Shown: positions 8,805 through 17,965 of the stretch, in pieces
Layout of the letters: every line of letters starts with the position of its first letter
Numbering within the stretch: the first letter of the stretch is position 1
Origin: Nitrospirae bacterium MYbin3
GTDB taxonomy: Bacteria; Nitrospirota; Thermodesulfovibrionia; Thermodesulfovibrionales; Dissulfurispiraceae
Length of the DNA stretch: 20,000 bases
Direction of reading: 5' to 3'
Assembly (NCBI GenBank): GCA_002753335.1
Contig: PEAD01000002.1
Location: 173,478-193,477, forward strand
The notes under the pieces: generated by a model
Databases searched by the model: none
Told to the model about the DNA's origin: nothing
What the model saw: the letters and a program-made list of their open reading frames with translations, nothing else
Program-made: the position numbers and the translations under genes

Positions 8805-10100
8805 TCAACGGATTTTGAAAAGCGGTTCAAGTGGTTTACACTTGAGCACTATATTCATATTTTTATTTTCTACAGCGTCTTTTATGATATACAAAACATG
8901 ATTGTAAGCGTCAAGCAATGATGTAATATCATCATCGTTATGAGAATAGCTCAAATTGTGAGTGCCATATGTAAGCATCCCAGACAAAAACATCTCCTGC
9001 AGAAATAAAGTTTTAATCTCCATAAGCTTATATGGTGAAGCGTCCTTAATATTCAGAAAAGACCAGTTTGGATGTCCTGAAAGAGAGATATAATGTGACA
9101 ATCCATATTTTTTGAGCATGCCCCCTAATGCGGCTAATATCTTCTCTCCTTGAGTTTTCATAGTATCGATAACAGGATATTTCTGCAATTTGGTCATAGT
9201 TGCAAGTGCAGCTGCCAGTGATAATGTCTCTCCCCCAAATGTAAAAGAAAAGAAAACATCTTCCATTAGCTTCATAATATCGGCCTTCCCAGCAACAACT
9301 GAAACTGGATAACCATTGGAAAGTCCCTTGCCAAATGTAGCAAGGTCAGGAATTACACCAAAATATTCCTGTGCTCCTCCGTTGGCAAACCTGAAGCCTG
9401 TTATGGTCTCATCAAAAATAAATACAGCACCGTTTTGCCGGGTCAATTCAGCAGCCTTGTGCAAAAAAGCATCCTCAGGCTCACTCGTATTCATAGGTTC
9501 CATTATTACTGCGGCAACCTGATTAGGCCATTGCTTGAGTATATTCTGCAAAGATTGTATATCATTGTAAATAAATGTATGGGTCAGTTCTTGCGTTGAC
9601 TTTGGAACCCCCTTATTTCGTGCGGTAGAGCCTATGTACCAATCCTGCCACCCATGATAACCGCAAACCGCCACATGGTCACGCTGCGTATATGCTCGGG
9701 CAATTCTAATGGCACCTGCCGTGGCATCTGAACCGTTCTTTCCAAACCTTACCTTCTCAGCGCAGGGAACCATTTCGACTATTTTCTCTGCGACCTGAAT
9801 CTCAATTGGATGCGGCAAGGAAAAAATTGTCCCTTCTTCCAATTGCGCCCGTACGGCGGCAGTTACATCAGGGTCATTATAACCTAAAGTAATCGATGCA
9901 TTCGCATTGATAAAATCAATATATTTGTTTCCATCAGCATCCCATACATGGCTCCCTAATCCCCTCGTAATAAAAAATGGAGAAACTCCGAAAGGAAATT
10001 GTGTTTTACTTTTACTGAAAGTCTGTGAACCTAGGGGAATCACTTCTAGTGCCCTTGCCAGCATTTCTTCGGATATATGATATCGTGATGATAATGTCAT
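8805..10100 (-). CDS. Class III PLP aminotransferase, glutamate-1-semialdehyde-aminomutase-like
   Basis: DADGNKYID, RFGKNGSDA, GYHGW, IFDETITGFR and DLATFGK (PLP lysine). ATGA overlap with the upstream gene. Confidence 0.9.
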   Translation of the reverse strand: MTLSSRYHISEEMLARALEVIPLGSQTFSKSKTQFPFGVSPFFITRGLGSHVWDADGNKYIDFINANASITLGYNDPDVTAAVRAQLEEGTIFSLPHPIEIQVAEKIVEMVPCAEKVRFGKNGSDATAGAIRIARAYTQRDHVAVCGYHGWQDWYIGSTARNKGVPKSTQELTHTFIYNDIQSLQNILKQWPNQVAAVIMEPMNTSEPEDAFLHKAAELTRQNGAVFIFDETITGFRFANGGAQEYFGVIPDLATFGKGLSNGYPVSVVAGKADIMKLMEDVFFSFTFGGETLSLAAALATMTKLQKYPVIDTMKTQGEKILAALGGMLKKYGLSHYISLSGHPNWSFLNIKDASPYKLMEIKTLFLQEMFLSGMLTYGTHNLSYSHNDDDITSLLDAYNHVLYIIKDAVENKNMNIVLKCKPLEPLFKIR

Positions 10101-10966
10101 GTTTTTTTAAGTTCAGGAAAAAAAACTAAAAGCTTGTCAAGAAAAACCTCTGGCTCAACCATCCTCTTTTGTTCGTCAAGTATTACATATTTTTTTCCTG
10201 AAGGTACTATTGTATATACCGGATGCTCTGTAAGGTTAGCGCTCAGGACTTCACATCCTTTTATTCCAACATGCATATTCATTTTTGCAATATTAGGGTT
10301 GTCATCCAGCCATGTGTATACCTCATGCAAATCAAGAGGCATTCCCTTATAGAGAGCATTGTAAATCCTACTTATCATATCAATATCTATAAATTCATCT
10401 ATAGTCAGTCTGTATTCGGGTCGGCAAAGGTCAATATCAATCTCTATGCCGCGTGTTTTGAATTTTTCCATATTTTCTTTTATGTAAATTGGCACAGCAG
10501 CACCACGATAGTAATTATGAGTCTCCTGAAGCGCCTCATACGAAATAAGCTCTGAAAGCGTACCCTGAATCATAGTCATATTAGATACATAAATAAGATC
10601 AAAACATTCTTTTTTGAACTCCTCTACAAAACGTGATGCGCTTTCAATATCAAATATCGGGGAGTCACATGTGACGCGGATAACGGCATCAGCTTTTTCA
10701 CGTTCACAGAGTTTTATGTGCCTGTCAACAATATCCTGCTCTGCCCCTGCATACCATCCGCAGCCGAACTGTTCAGCTTCATCAATTAGTTTTTTATTTT
10801 GGGGATCAACTGAAGTAGCTAAAAAAACTCCGTCAAGCCCCCTCACATGTTTCATACGCTCCACATGATGAGCGAATATAGACTTGCCTGCCATCTTAAT
10901 CAAGACCTTGCCCGGTAGCCTGGTTGAAGCCATTCTTGCAGTAATTACGCCTATCACTTTTCTCAT
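10097..10966 (-). CDS. SpsF-like cytidylyltransferase (CMP-nonulosonate synthetase family)
   Basis: ITARMASTRLPGKVL, IRVTCDSP and RLTIDE. Start at 10966 (ATGA overlap) is preferred over 11080. Confidence 0.85.
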   Translation of the reverse strand: MRKVIGVITARMASTRLPGKVLIKMAGKSIFAHHVERMKHVRGLDGVFLATSVDPQNKKLIDEAEQFGCGWYAGAEQDIVDRHIKLCEREKADAVIRVTCDSPIFDIESASRFVEEFKKECFDLIYVSNMTMIQGTLSELISYEALQETHNYYRGAAVPIYIKENMEKFKTRGIEIDIDLCRPEYRLTIDEFIDIDMISRIYNALYKGMPLDLHEVYTWLDDNPNIAKMNMHVGIKGCEVLSANLTEHPVYTIVPSGKKYVILDEQKRMVEPEVFLDKLLVFFPELKKT

Positions 10967-11946
10967 ACAACTTTCTCCCATGCTTTGGTTACTGCAGACC
11001 GCTCTGCCGCAAGAGCGAGCTTGAGCACCAGAATCGAGTGCCCGACAGAGTTGAAGGTTTCCTTGCCGGATTTTATACAATCGAGAAAATATCTCACCTC
11101 ATCAAGATACATCCCGTTATAACAAAGATCGATTTTCATGTCATTCCATGCCCATTCCGGCTCAGAAGTTGTAATTGTCCCTATATCGCCACGCACAAAA
11201 TCCCAGGCAATAGTACCCTCACTGCAAACGACCTTGCAGTGTCTCGAGTATCCATGCTGAAGATAGTCCATATGAATTGTACATACGCTGCCTGACGCAA
11301 ACCTTACAATCATCTCAACATGGTCTTCCGTATCTATTTCAAGAGAAGATATAATGCCTTTGTCGCATATAACCTCAACCGGTTCTCCAAAAAACCAGGC
11401 TGCATAGTCAAGTTCATGAATACCGTCAAAAATCAGATTTCCTCCCAAACTTTTGAGGGCTTTATAATGGTTCCTGTAGTCCTTCTTATCAAACGGAAGA
11501 TAAAAACCTGATTCGAGATTAGCCCAAAGTGGTCTTGAAAACAAGCTGTTTGTTGACAGAGTTTCATGTATAGCAGCTATGGCAGGGTGAAAACGCATAT
11601 TGCAACCCACCATAGATATAAGACTGTTCTTTTCAATCACCTGCACAAGTTTGTCAACCTCATGCATGTTCAATGAAAGAGGTTTTTCTATGAAAAGATG
11701 ACAACCTGCCTCAGCACATTTCATTGCAGGTCTTATATGGTCATTGCTGTAAGTGCATATAAATGCTGCATCAGAGTCCATAATGAGCGCATCTTCAAGG
11801 GAGATAAATACTTCCTTTGCGAAAGGCTCTATTTTTTTGAGATTATCAGCATTTATATCAACAGCAATAACTTCATTGCCTAGGTCTGCGAGATTCTTTA
11901 AATGCCTGCTCCCAATGGAACCTACACCAACAACAAGAATCTTCAT
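10963..11946 (-). CDS. Gfo/Idh/MocA family NAD(P)-dependent oxidoreductase
   Basis: GVGSIGSRH Rossmann motif, FIEKPLS, GCNMRFHP and DGIHELD. Confidence 0.9.
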   Translation of the reverse strand: MKILVVGVGSIGSRHLKNLADLGNEVIAVDINADNLKKIEPFAKEVFISLEDALIMDSDAAFICTYSNDHIRPAMKCAEAGCHLFIEKPLSLNMHEVDKLVQVIEKNSLISMVGCNMRFHPAIAAIHETLSTNSLFSRPLWANLESGFYLPFDKKDYRNHYKALKSLGGNLIFDGIHELDYAAWFFGEPVEVICDKGIISSLEIDTEDHVEMIVRFASGSVCTIHMDYLQHGYSRHCKVVCSEGTIAWDFVRGDIGTITTSEPEWAWNDMKIDLCYNGMYLDEVRYFLDCIKSGKETFNSVGHSILVLKLALAAERSAVTKAWEKVV

Positions 11947-13487
11947 GCTGATTTATCCTTGCCGCCTATTTGTGACAATGGATATGAGCCAGACTTTTCC
12001 ATGTCCTGTCTCCTCTTGTAAAAGCTGGTCAAAAAGTTTTTGTAAAAAAACTTATCGAACGGAGTGCCATAAAACATCTGCTTGTTCCTTATCTTAGCCA
12101 ATGAGATGAATACATTATTTTTAATCCTGTCTATACTCCTGTCAATCTGATGATTGCCGAGTCTGACTGCTGATTCCATATTCAGATAATAGGCAGCACT
12201 CTCTGAATACTTGCCGTTTACCTGCCAGGGCCTTATATATTCGGCTGAAGTATACATATCAATAACACATTTATCCGTCCATTCAACAAAACTCGTAGGC
12301 TCTTTCAAGTAACCTTCCTTTAACAAATTTTCAGTAAGTTCACATTTTGGATAAGGCCTGAAAGTGCCCACCCCGCACGTAAAGTATGGGTATTTTCTCA
12401 GCCTGTTTATAAATGAAATTGTCTGTTTTATATCATCAATTCCCTCTCCTGGAATTTCCAGTATGAATGATGACCTCGCAATTATTCCGTGGTCGTTACA
12501 CTTTTTCACCGCATTCTCGGCCTGTTCAGGCGTTATGCCTTTTTTCATCAGCTTTAACGTATGCGGTGAACCAGATTCAATCCCCAGTGTAAGTTGGATC
12601 AATCCAGAACGTTTACACAGGGAAAGTGTCTCATCGTTCAGCATTGTATCATTGAAGTAATCACACCGGCATTCACCGTCCCATGTAATATTGAGCTTTT
12701 TATTGATTATGCCTTCACATATTTCCCTCACCCGTTTAATGTCCACAAAAAAATTGTCGTCAACAATCTTCAGGTGCGTTATATTATATTTCCCCACAAT
12801 ATGTTCTATCTCTGCAATAACCTTCCCCGCACTTTTTTTACGGTATCGTGTGTTATCTGATACCACATTTATGCAAAAAGTGCAGTGTGACGGACATCCC
12901 CTGCTGCTTTCATAAGGAAGCCAGCGCATCGGCTGCCTGACATATTCAGACAATTTATCCGTAAGATAATTGCCGATAAAACGTTCTATCATCGGGTCTA
13001 GGTTATAGTCCGTCAGTGGCAAGGCTTCGATATCAGCTATTGCCTTGCTATATATTCTTTTATCCGGAAGTTCACCTGCATAAAGCTTTTCTGCAATGTT
13101 AACGATATGCTCTTCTCCCTCGCCAGCCACAACAAAATCCACATATTCAGATGCTGCCATCTGTTCAGGAAATAGTGTGCAATGCCAACCCCCGACAACA
13201 ACAGGCACTTGGGACTGCTTTTTTATATGCTTCATAATACGATATGCATCCGGCGCTTCCGATGTAAGCAGGGCGATCCCTGCAAACAAAGCTCCTTTGA
13301 CTTTATCGCTGATCGTCTGCAAATGATCCTTTTCAAAAGCTGTGTTTATTATTTCAACATCATAACCGGCTTTCCTGAGGGCACTGCCAATACTTATGAG
13401 GTTTAAAGGCGGATAGTTGTTGTAATTATAGACATTCTGAGGTCTTATAAGTAATATTTTATTTGAAGAGACCTTTGAATTTTTCAT
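11943..13487 (-). CDS. Cobalamin-dependent radical SAM protein (class B methylase-like)
   Basis: 514 aa with YPPLNL, VVGGWHCT, AGEGE, SRGCPSHCTFC, DDNF and GIESGS. Confidence 0.9.
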   Translation of the reverse strand: MKNSKVSSNKILLIRPQNVYNYNNYPPLNLISIGSALRKAGYDVEIINTAFEKDHLQTISDKVKGALFAGIALLTSEAPDAYRIMKHIKKQSQVPVVVGGWHCTLFPEQMAASEYVDFVVAGEGEEHIVNIAEKLYAGELPDKRIYSKAIADIEALPLTDYNLDPMIERFIGNYLTDKLSEYVRQPMRWLPYESSRGCPSHCTFCINVVSDNTRYRKKSAGKVIAEIEHIVGKYNITHLKIVDDNFFVDIKRVREICEGIINKKLNITWDGECRCDYFNDTMLNDETLSLCKRSGLIQLTLGIESGSPHTLKLMKKGITPEQAENAVKKCNDHGIIARSSFILEIPGEGIDDIKQTISFINRLRKYPYFTCGVGTFRPYPKCELTENLLKEGYLKEPTSFVEWTDKCVIDMYTSAEYIRPWQVNGKYSESAAYYLNMESAVRLGNHQIDRSIDRIKNNVFISLAKIRNKQMFYGTPFDKFFYKNFLTSFYKRRQDMEKSGSYPLSQIGGKDKSA

Positions 13488-13614
13488 ATTTTTTTGTATT
13501 TTATTTTTTCCTGTTTATTTTTAAATCAGTCGTATTTTAAGCAATTAGCTTTTATTCCTTTTTTCAGTTTCATAAATATCCTCAATAATGGGGTGTGAAA
13601 GGGTCTCTCCTATT

Positions 13615-14781
13615 CTATTGCAAGATTCGCTTGATACTATCAATAACAAAATTCTGACTATCATCAGTTAATCCAAAGTATATAGGAATACTTATGGCTT
13701 CTTGATAATACCTCTCAGCTTCTGGAAAATCACCATACTTGAACCCTAAATTACGATAATAAGGATGAATATGCACCGGTATGTAATGTAGATTTACGCC
13801 AATCCCGGCACCACGAAGCTCTTCAAACACCATTCTATGCGTCTTACTAGTTTTGTAAGTCTTAAGACGGATTACGTACAAATGGAGCGCAGAATAAGTA
13901 TCAGGATTCTGCCACGGCAGCACAATGGGCAATTCCTTCAGGCCGTCATTATAACGCCGAGCAATTAGATGACGACGTTTTACGAAATCATCAAGACGAC
14001 CCATTTGACTTGCCCCTAAGGCAGCTTGCATATCATTCATCCGGTAATTAAAACCGAGATCTATTTGTTGGTAATACCAGGGACCGTGGGACTCGCCCTG
14101 CATCACTTGAGGATTGCGGGTTATGCCATGTGAGCGCAAACGTATCAGCTTTTCGTACAAGTCTTCTCTGTTTGTCAGCACAACTCCGCCTTCTCCGGTA
14201 GTAATGATCTTAACCGGATGAAAGCTGAATACCGTCATATCGGAAAATGCGCAATTACCGATTATATGTTCATGATAACGCCCTCCAATTGCATGGGAGG
14301 CATCTTCAACAACACTAAAGCCATAGCGTTTTGCAAGGTTATGGATTCTCATCATATCGCACGACTGTCCTGCAAAGTGAACAGGGACAACAATCTTTGG
14401 AAGCCTTCCTTTTTGCTCCGCGTCCCTTAGCTTTTGTTCAAGTATATTTGTATCCAGATTATATGTACGCGGATCGATATCAACAAAGTCTATTTTAGCG
14501 CCGCAATAAAGCCCGCAATTGGCAGAAGCTACAAATGTATTAGGAGAGGTCCAGAGCCAGTCTCTAGGACCAAGCCCTGCGGCTAAACATGCGATATGCA
14601 ACGCCGAAGTAGCGCTGTTGACCGCTACGGCATATGCAGCTCCGCAATAATCCGCCACCGCCTTTTCAAATGCAGGGACAGCAGGCCCCTGCGTTAGAAA
14701 GTCCGAGCGCAGAACATTAACAACCGCCTGTATGTCAGATTCCGAAATGTCCTGGCGACCATAGGGGACCATTTCTTTCAT
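13615..14781 (-). CDS. pseC: UDP-4-amino-4,6-dideoxy-N-acetyl-beta-L-altrosamine transaminase
   Basis: VPYGRQ, FLTQGP, NSATSALH, SFHPVKIITTGEGG, PWYYQQ..LGFNYRM and VNLHYIPV. Adjacent to pseB with an ATGA overlap. Confidence 0.93.
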   Translation of the reverse strand: MKEMVPYGRQDISESDIQAVVNVLRSDFLTQGPAVPAFEKAVADYCGAAYAVAVNSATSALHIACLAAGLGPRDWLWTSPNTFVASANCGLYCGAKIDFVDIDPRTYNLDTNILEQKLRDAEQKGRLPKIVVPVHFAGQSCDMMRIHNLAKRYGFSVVEDASHAIGGRYHEHIIGNCAFSDMTVFSFHPVKIITTGEGGVVLTNREDLYEKLIRLRSHGITRNPQVMQGESHGPWYYQQIDLGFNYRMNDMQAALGASQMGRLDDFVKRRHLIARRYNDGLKELPIVLPWQNPDTYSALHLYVIRLKTYKTSKTHRMVFEELRGAGIGVNLHYIPVHIHPYYRNLGFKYGDFPEAERYYQEAISIPIYFGLTDDSQNFVIDSIKRILQ

Positions 14782-15776
14782 ATATTGCCAACCTTACTGC
14801 GGTTTGCATCGATCCAAGTCCGCAGTGTATCGATAGTCATCCATTCATGATTGTTGTCTGAACAGTAGGTGAAGTCCTGAGCGACCTTTTTACCCTCACT
14901 AATGCGGGCAGGATCCTTACTCCAGTCGTGGATCGCGGGCAGAATCTTATAGTGGTCGGCATATTCGTAGGTGTAGAGCGCATCCTCTAATCCAATCATC
15001 TGTTCATGAAGTTTTTCACCCGGACGTATGCCCACTATTTCATGCGAAGCATCAGGAGCCACAGCCCGTGCAATATCAATAACCTTCATTGAAGGAATCT
15101 TCTTGACATAAATCTCACCGCCAACCATATCCTCAAAAGCATGCCATACCAAGTCAATACCCTGCTCAAGAGTGATCATGAAGCGGGTCATGCGCTCATC
15201 AGTAATAGGCAATGAGCCCTTTTCAGCAACTGACATAAAAAATGGAATCACAGATCCGCGCGAGCCCATAACATTACCGTAACGAACAACAGAAAAACGG
15301 GTTTTGCTTTGACCGGAGTATGAGTTACCAGCGACAAAGAGCTTGTCAGCAGCAAGTTTGGTCGCACCATAAAGATTGGCGGGACTGCTTGCCTTGTCAG
15401 TTGACAGAGCAACCACTCTTTTGACTTTATGATCGATACAGGCATCAATAAGGTTCATAGCACCCATAATGTTGGTCTTCACACACTCGAAAGGATTGTA
15501 CTCTGCTGTAGGCACAATTTTGGTTGCCGCAGCATGAACGACAAAGTCAATGCCGTCAAGGGCACGCGACAGACGGTCTTTATCCCTGACATCGCCGATA
15601 AAAAAGCGTACCCGTTCGTCTTTGCCATAGAGCTTTGCCATCTCCCACTGCTTCATTTCGTCTCGAGAAAAAATTACCAGACGACGCGGGTTATATTTAG
15701 CAAGTGCGAGAGGTACAAACGTGTGCCCAAAAGAACCGGTGCCGCCAGTAATTAAAATTGATTGTTCAGCCAGCAT
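14778..15776 (-). CDS. pseB: UDP-N-acetylglucosamine 4,6-dehydratase (inverting)
   Basis: ITGGTGSFG, FSRDEMKQ, AEYNPFE, LSTDKA, YGATK, RYGNVMGSRGSVIP and GIRPGEKLHE. Confidence 0.95.
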   Translation of the reverse strand: MLAEQSILITGGTGSFGHTFVPLALAKYNPRRLVIFSRDEMKQWEMAKLYGKDERVRFFIGDVRDKDRLSRALDGIDFVVHAAATKIVPTAEYNPFECVKTNIMGAMNLIDACIDHKVKRVVALSTDKASSPANLYGATKLAADKLFVAGNSYSGQSKTRFSVVRYGNVMGSRGSVIPFFMSVAEKGSLPITDERMTRFMITLEQGIDLVWHAFEDMVGGEIYVKKIPSMKVIDIARAVAPDASHEIVGIRPGEKLHEQMIGLEDALYTYEYADHYKILPAIHDWSKDPARISEGKKVAQDFTYCSDNNHEWMTIDTLRTWIDANRSKVGNI

Positions 15777-17550
15777 TTAGAATACTCCTATCAATATTTT
15801 GTAAATTAGTAGCTATTAACTCATGGTATGTACCCGATGAAACTAATTGACCTTTATCCAAGCGGTAGATACGGTCACATCCGCGCAGTGTAGTCAGACG
15901 ATGAGCAATTATAAGCACAGTAAGCTCACGTCCCAATCTTTCAATAGATGTCATTACAGCAGATTCGGTTTCACTATCCAGTGCACTTGTAGCTTCATCA
16001 AACACCAACACTGTAGACTGTTTGTAAAGCGCTCGGGCTATACCGATGCGCTGACGCTGTCCCCCTGACAGACGCACACCTCGCTCACCAACCATAGTCT
16101 GATACGCAAGCTGCGTCTCTTCAATAAAATCTCCAATCTGCGCTTGCTTAGCTGCCTGCCTGACGCGCTCCATATCTATTTGCTCAAGCAACACCCCAAA
16201 AGCAATATTCTCAGCAAATGACGCATCTGCAAGAAAAATAGCCTGTGGCACATGCGCTATGTTGCTTTGCCAGGCCAGACGACTTGCACCGGTCAGAGGC
16301 GTATCGTCCACAATAATCTGGCCTTGAGAAGGCTGAAGAAGACCCATGATTATATCCATAACAGTGCTTTTGCCGCTGCCTGTTGTGCCAAAAAAACCTA
16401 TGCGTTCACCTCGGGTAATGACAAGATTGAGTCCGTCCAGCACCAGAGGAAGATGTTGTTGGTAGCGAAATGATACATTGTCCAGTCTTATCTGACGCTT
16501 AAAGGGTAACGGCTCAAGACGCATCTGGGTTTCTATTGCAACCGGTTGTTGCAATAGTTCGACTACATCGTTCAGAACCTGTCGATTTCCAGATACATAA
16601 ACCCACCCCTGATATGTCTGTTGCAACAGGGGCATAAGCCTTTGGGCGCCCAAAGCCAATGAGCCCAGAGTTGGTATAGCAGTGGCAAGCCCGCCACTAG
16701 ATGCAGTTAATTTGTAGGCAAGAACCGCAATCAATACCATGCTCAAGGCTTCTACTGCAAAACGCGGGCTGGGGCCTATTATATTGTTGCTCGCTTGGGC
16801 CTGACGCATAGGCCAATCGGTCTGGATAAATCTGCTTGCAAAAATAATCTGAGTATTATCCAAAAGTACATCACGAATGCCACCAAGACCTTCCTGTACT
16901 GATTGGACCCGCTTGTTGTGGGCATGGCTAATGACCTGACTGTTATTACTAAGCTTTTTGCGCGTAATAGTTGACACAACTGCATAGAAAGTCCCGAAAC
17001 ACAGCAGAGTCGAGGTTGCCAAAACTGGATTAATCATCAATATAGCCGTCAATATAAAAGAAGCCATAATAAGGGCACTAGTCAGATTAAGAAGAACAAA
17101 CACAACCCACACCACATCGTCCACCTTGTTGAGACCTCCAAGAGTTTCACTGCTGTTTCGGGCAACGTGCAACTCATATGGTTGGTAAAGAGTACGTCGA
17201 TAGACTTCAGCCCCAAGTTCATGGCCAATGCCATAGTTGATTTTAGCGGTGACATATATCATCACAAAACGAACCAAACCGGAAACAACTGCGGTGGTTG
17301 AAAACAATAGAGTAAGCTGCCAGCGCAAGTCAGTAGAGTTGCCTAGGCCAAGGATATTCACTATCTGGGCAACCAGCGGTTTTTTCAGCGCATTCTCAGG
17401 GTCAGCCAGAATAGCAAGAAAAGGGAAAATAGCCCCGAGGCTTATGACCTCAGCAATTGCACCAGATACAATCACGCCAAGCAGTATAAGCAACTGCAAT
17501 CTCCGACGCTTGGGGAGACCGGCAACAAGAGCACTAAGAGTCTTATACAT
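15766..17550 (-). CDS. Fused ABC exporter (TMD+NBD), PglK/Wzk-like glycan flippase candidate
   Basis: 594 aa with hydrophobic N-terminal helices, Walker A GTTGSGKST, LSGGQ, Walker B VLVFDEATSALD and IAHRL. An AAGGA RBS lies upstream. Confidence 0.88.
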   Translation of the reverse strand: MYKTLSALVAGLPKRRRLQLLILLGVIVSGAIAEVISLGAIFPFLAILADPENALKKPLVAQIVNILGLGNSTDLRWQLTLLFSTTAVVSGLVRFVMIYVTAKINYGIGHELGAEVYRRTLYQPYELHVARNSSETLGGLNKVDDVVWVVFVLLNLTSALIMASFILTAILMINPVLATSTLLCFGTFYAVVSTITRKKLSNNSQVISHAHNKRVQSVQEGLGGIRDVLLDNTQIIFASRFIQTDWPMRQAQASNNIIGPSPRFAVEALSMVLIAVLAYKLTASSGGLATAIPTLGSLALGAQRLMPLLQQTYQGWVYVSGNRQVLNDVVELLQQPVAIETQMRLEPLPFKRQIRLDNVSFRYQQHLPLVLDGLNLVITRGERIGFFGTTGSGKSTVMDIIMGLLQPSQGQIIVDDTPLTGASRLAWQSNIAHVPQAIFLADASFAENIAFGVLLEQIDMERVRQAAKQAQIGDFIEETQLAYQTMVGERGVRLSGGQRQRIGIARALYKQSTVLVFDEATSALDSETESAVMTSIERLGRELTVLIIAHRLTTLRGCDRIYRLDKGQLVSSGTYHELIATNLQNIDRSILNAG

Positions 17551-17570
17551 TGGGGGTAACGGTTCCTTAT

Positions 17571-17965
17571 TTAAACTGCCTTTTCGATATGTTCAACAAA
17601 TTTTTTCACATCCTCACGTCTTTGCAGATTGAATCTGCCTCTATTTTTTCATAATCATGTGCTAGAAAATTTCTGAAACCAGCAATTTTTGCAAAATCAT
17701 ATGCAAATGACGTTTCAAGTATCCCGTTTTCACCGAGTATGTCAAAAACGTCCTGATACGACTGCGGAGTTCTCAAACCCCTATGTTTTATGATCATTTC
17801 CCCGAGAGATATACAGGTATCAGCCAGCAAATACAGATAATGAAGCAGAGCGCCACGGTATATCATGTCAGTCTGGAACCGTTCCATGAATTCGCCCTTT
17901 ATGGAATTAATCAGCAAAAGATATTCCTGCACCTTTCCAATTTTTTGACGTATCCGTTCCATCAA
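17571..17965 (-). pseudogene. hepT: HepT-like (DUF86/HEPN) toxin A, frameshifted near the C-terminus
   Basis: RNFLAHDY fits RX4HXY. The ORF stops at 17606, while a HepT-like last helix EDVKKFVEHIEKAV* continues in another frame to 17571. Confidence 0.75.

Noticed and set aside
8805..10100. Calling this gene hemL (tetrapyrrole/B12 synthesis for the radical SAM enzymes)
   Set aside because: There are no other tetrapyrrole genes, and its coupling to an SpsF-like gene fits the sugar-locus GSA-like aminotransferase subgroup better.
10097..10966. Assigning the symbol pseF
   Set aside because: The motifs (ARMxSTRLPGK, RxTxDxP) are SpsF-like rather than the PseF/NeuA ARGGSKR type, so the substrate is uncertain.
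5891..13487. Aminoglycoside antibiotic biosynthetic cluster
   Set aside because: There is no 2-deoxy-scyllo-inosose synthase or recognisable resistance gene, and the pseB/C/I context points to a surface glycan. Only the enzymatic logic is analogous.
13510..13545. Sigma70-like promoter (TTGCTT...TAAAAA) upstream of the radical SAM gene
   Set aside because: The spacing is suboptimal and the -10 match is weak in very AT-rich DNA.
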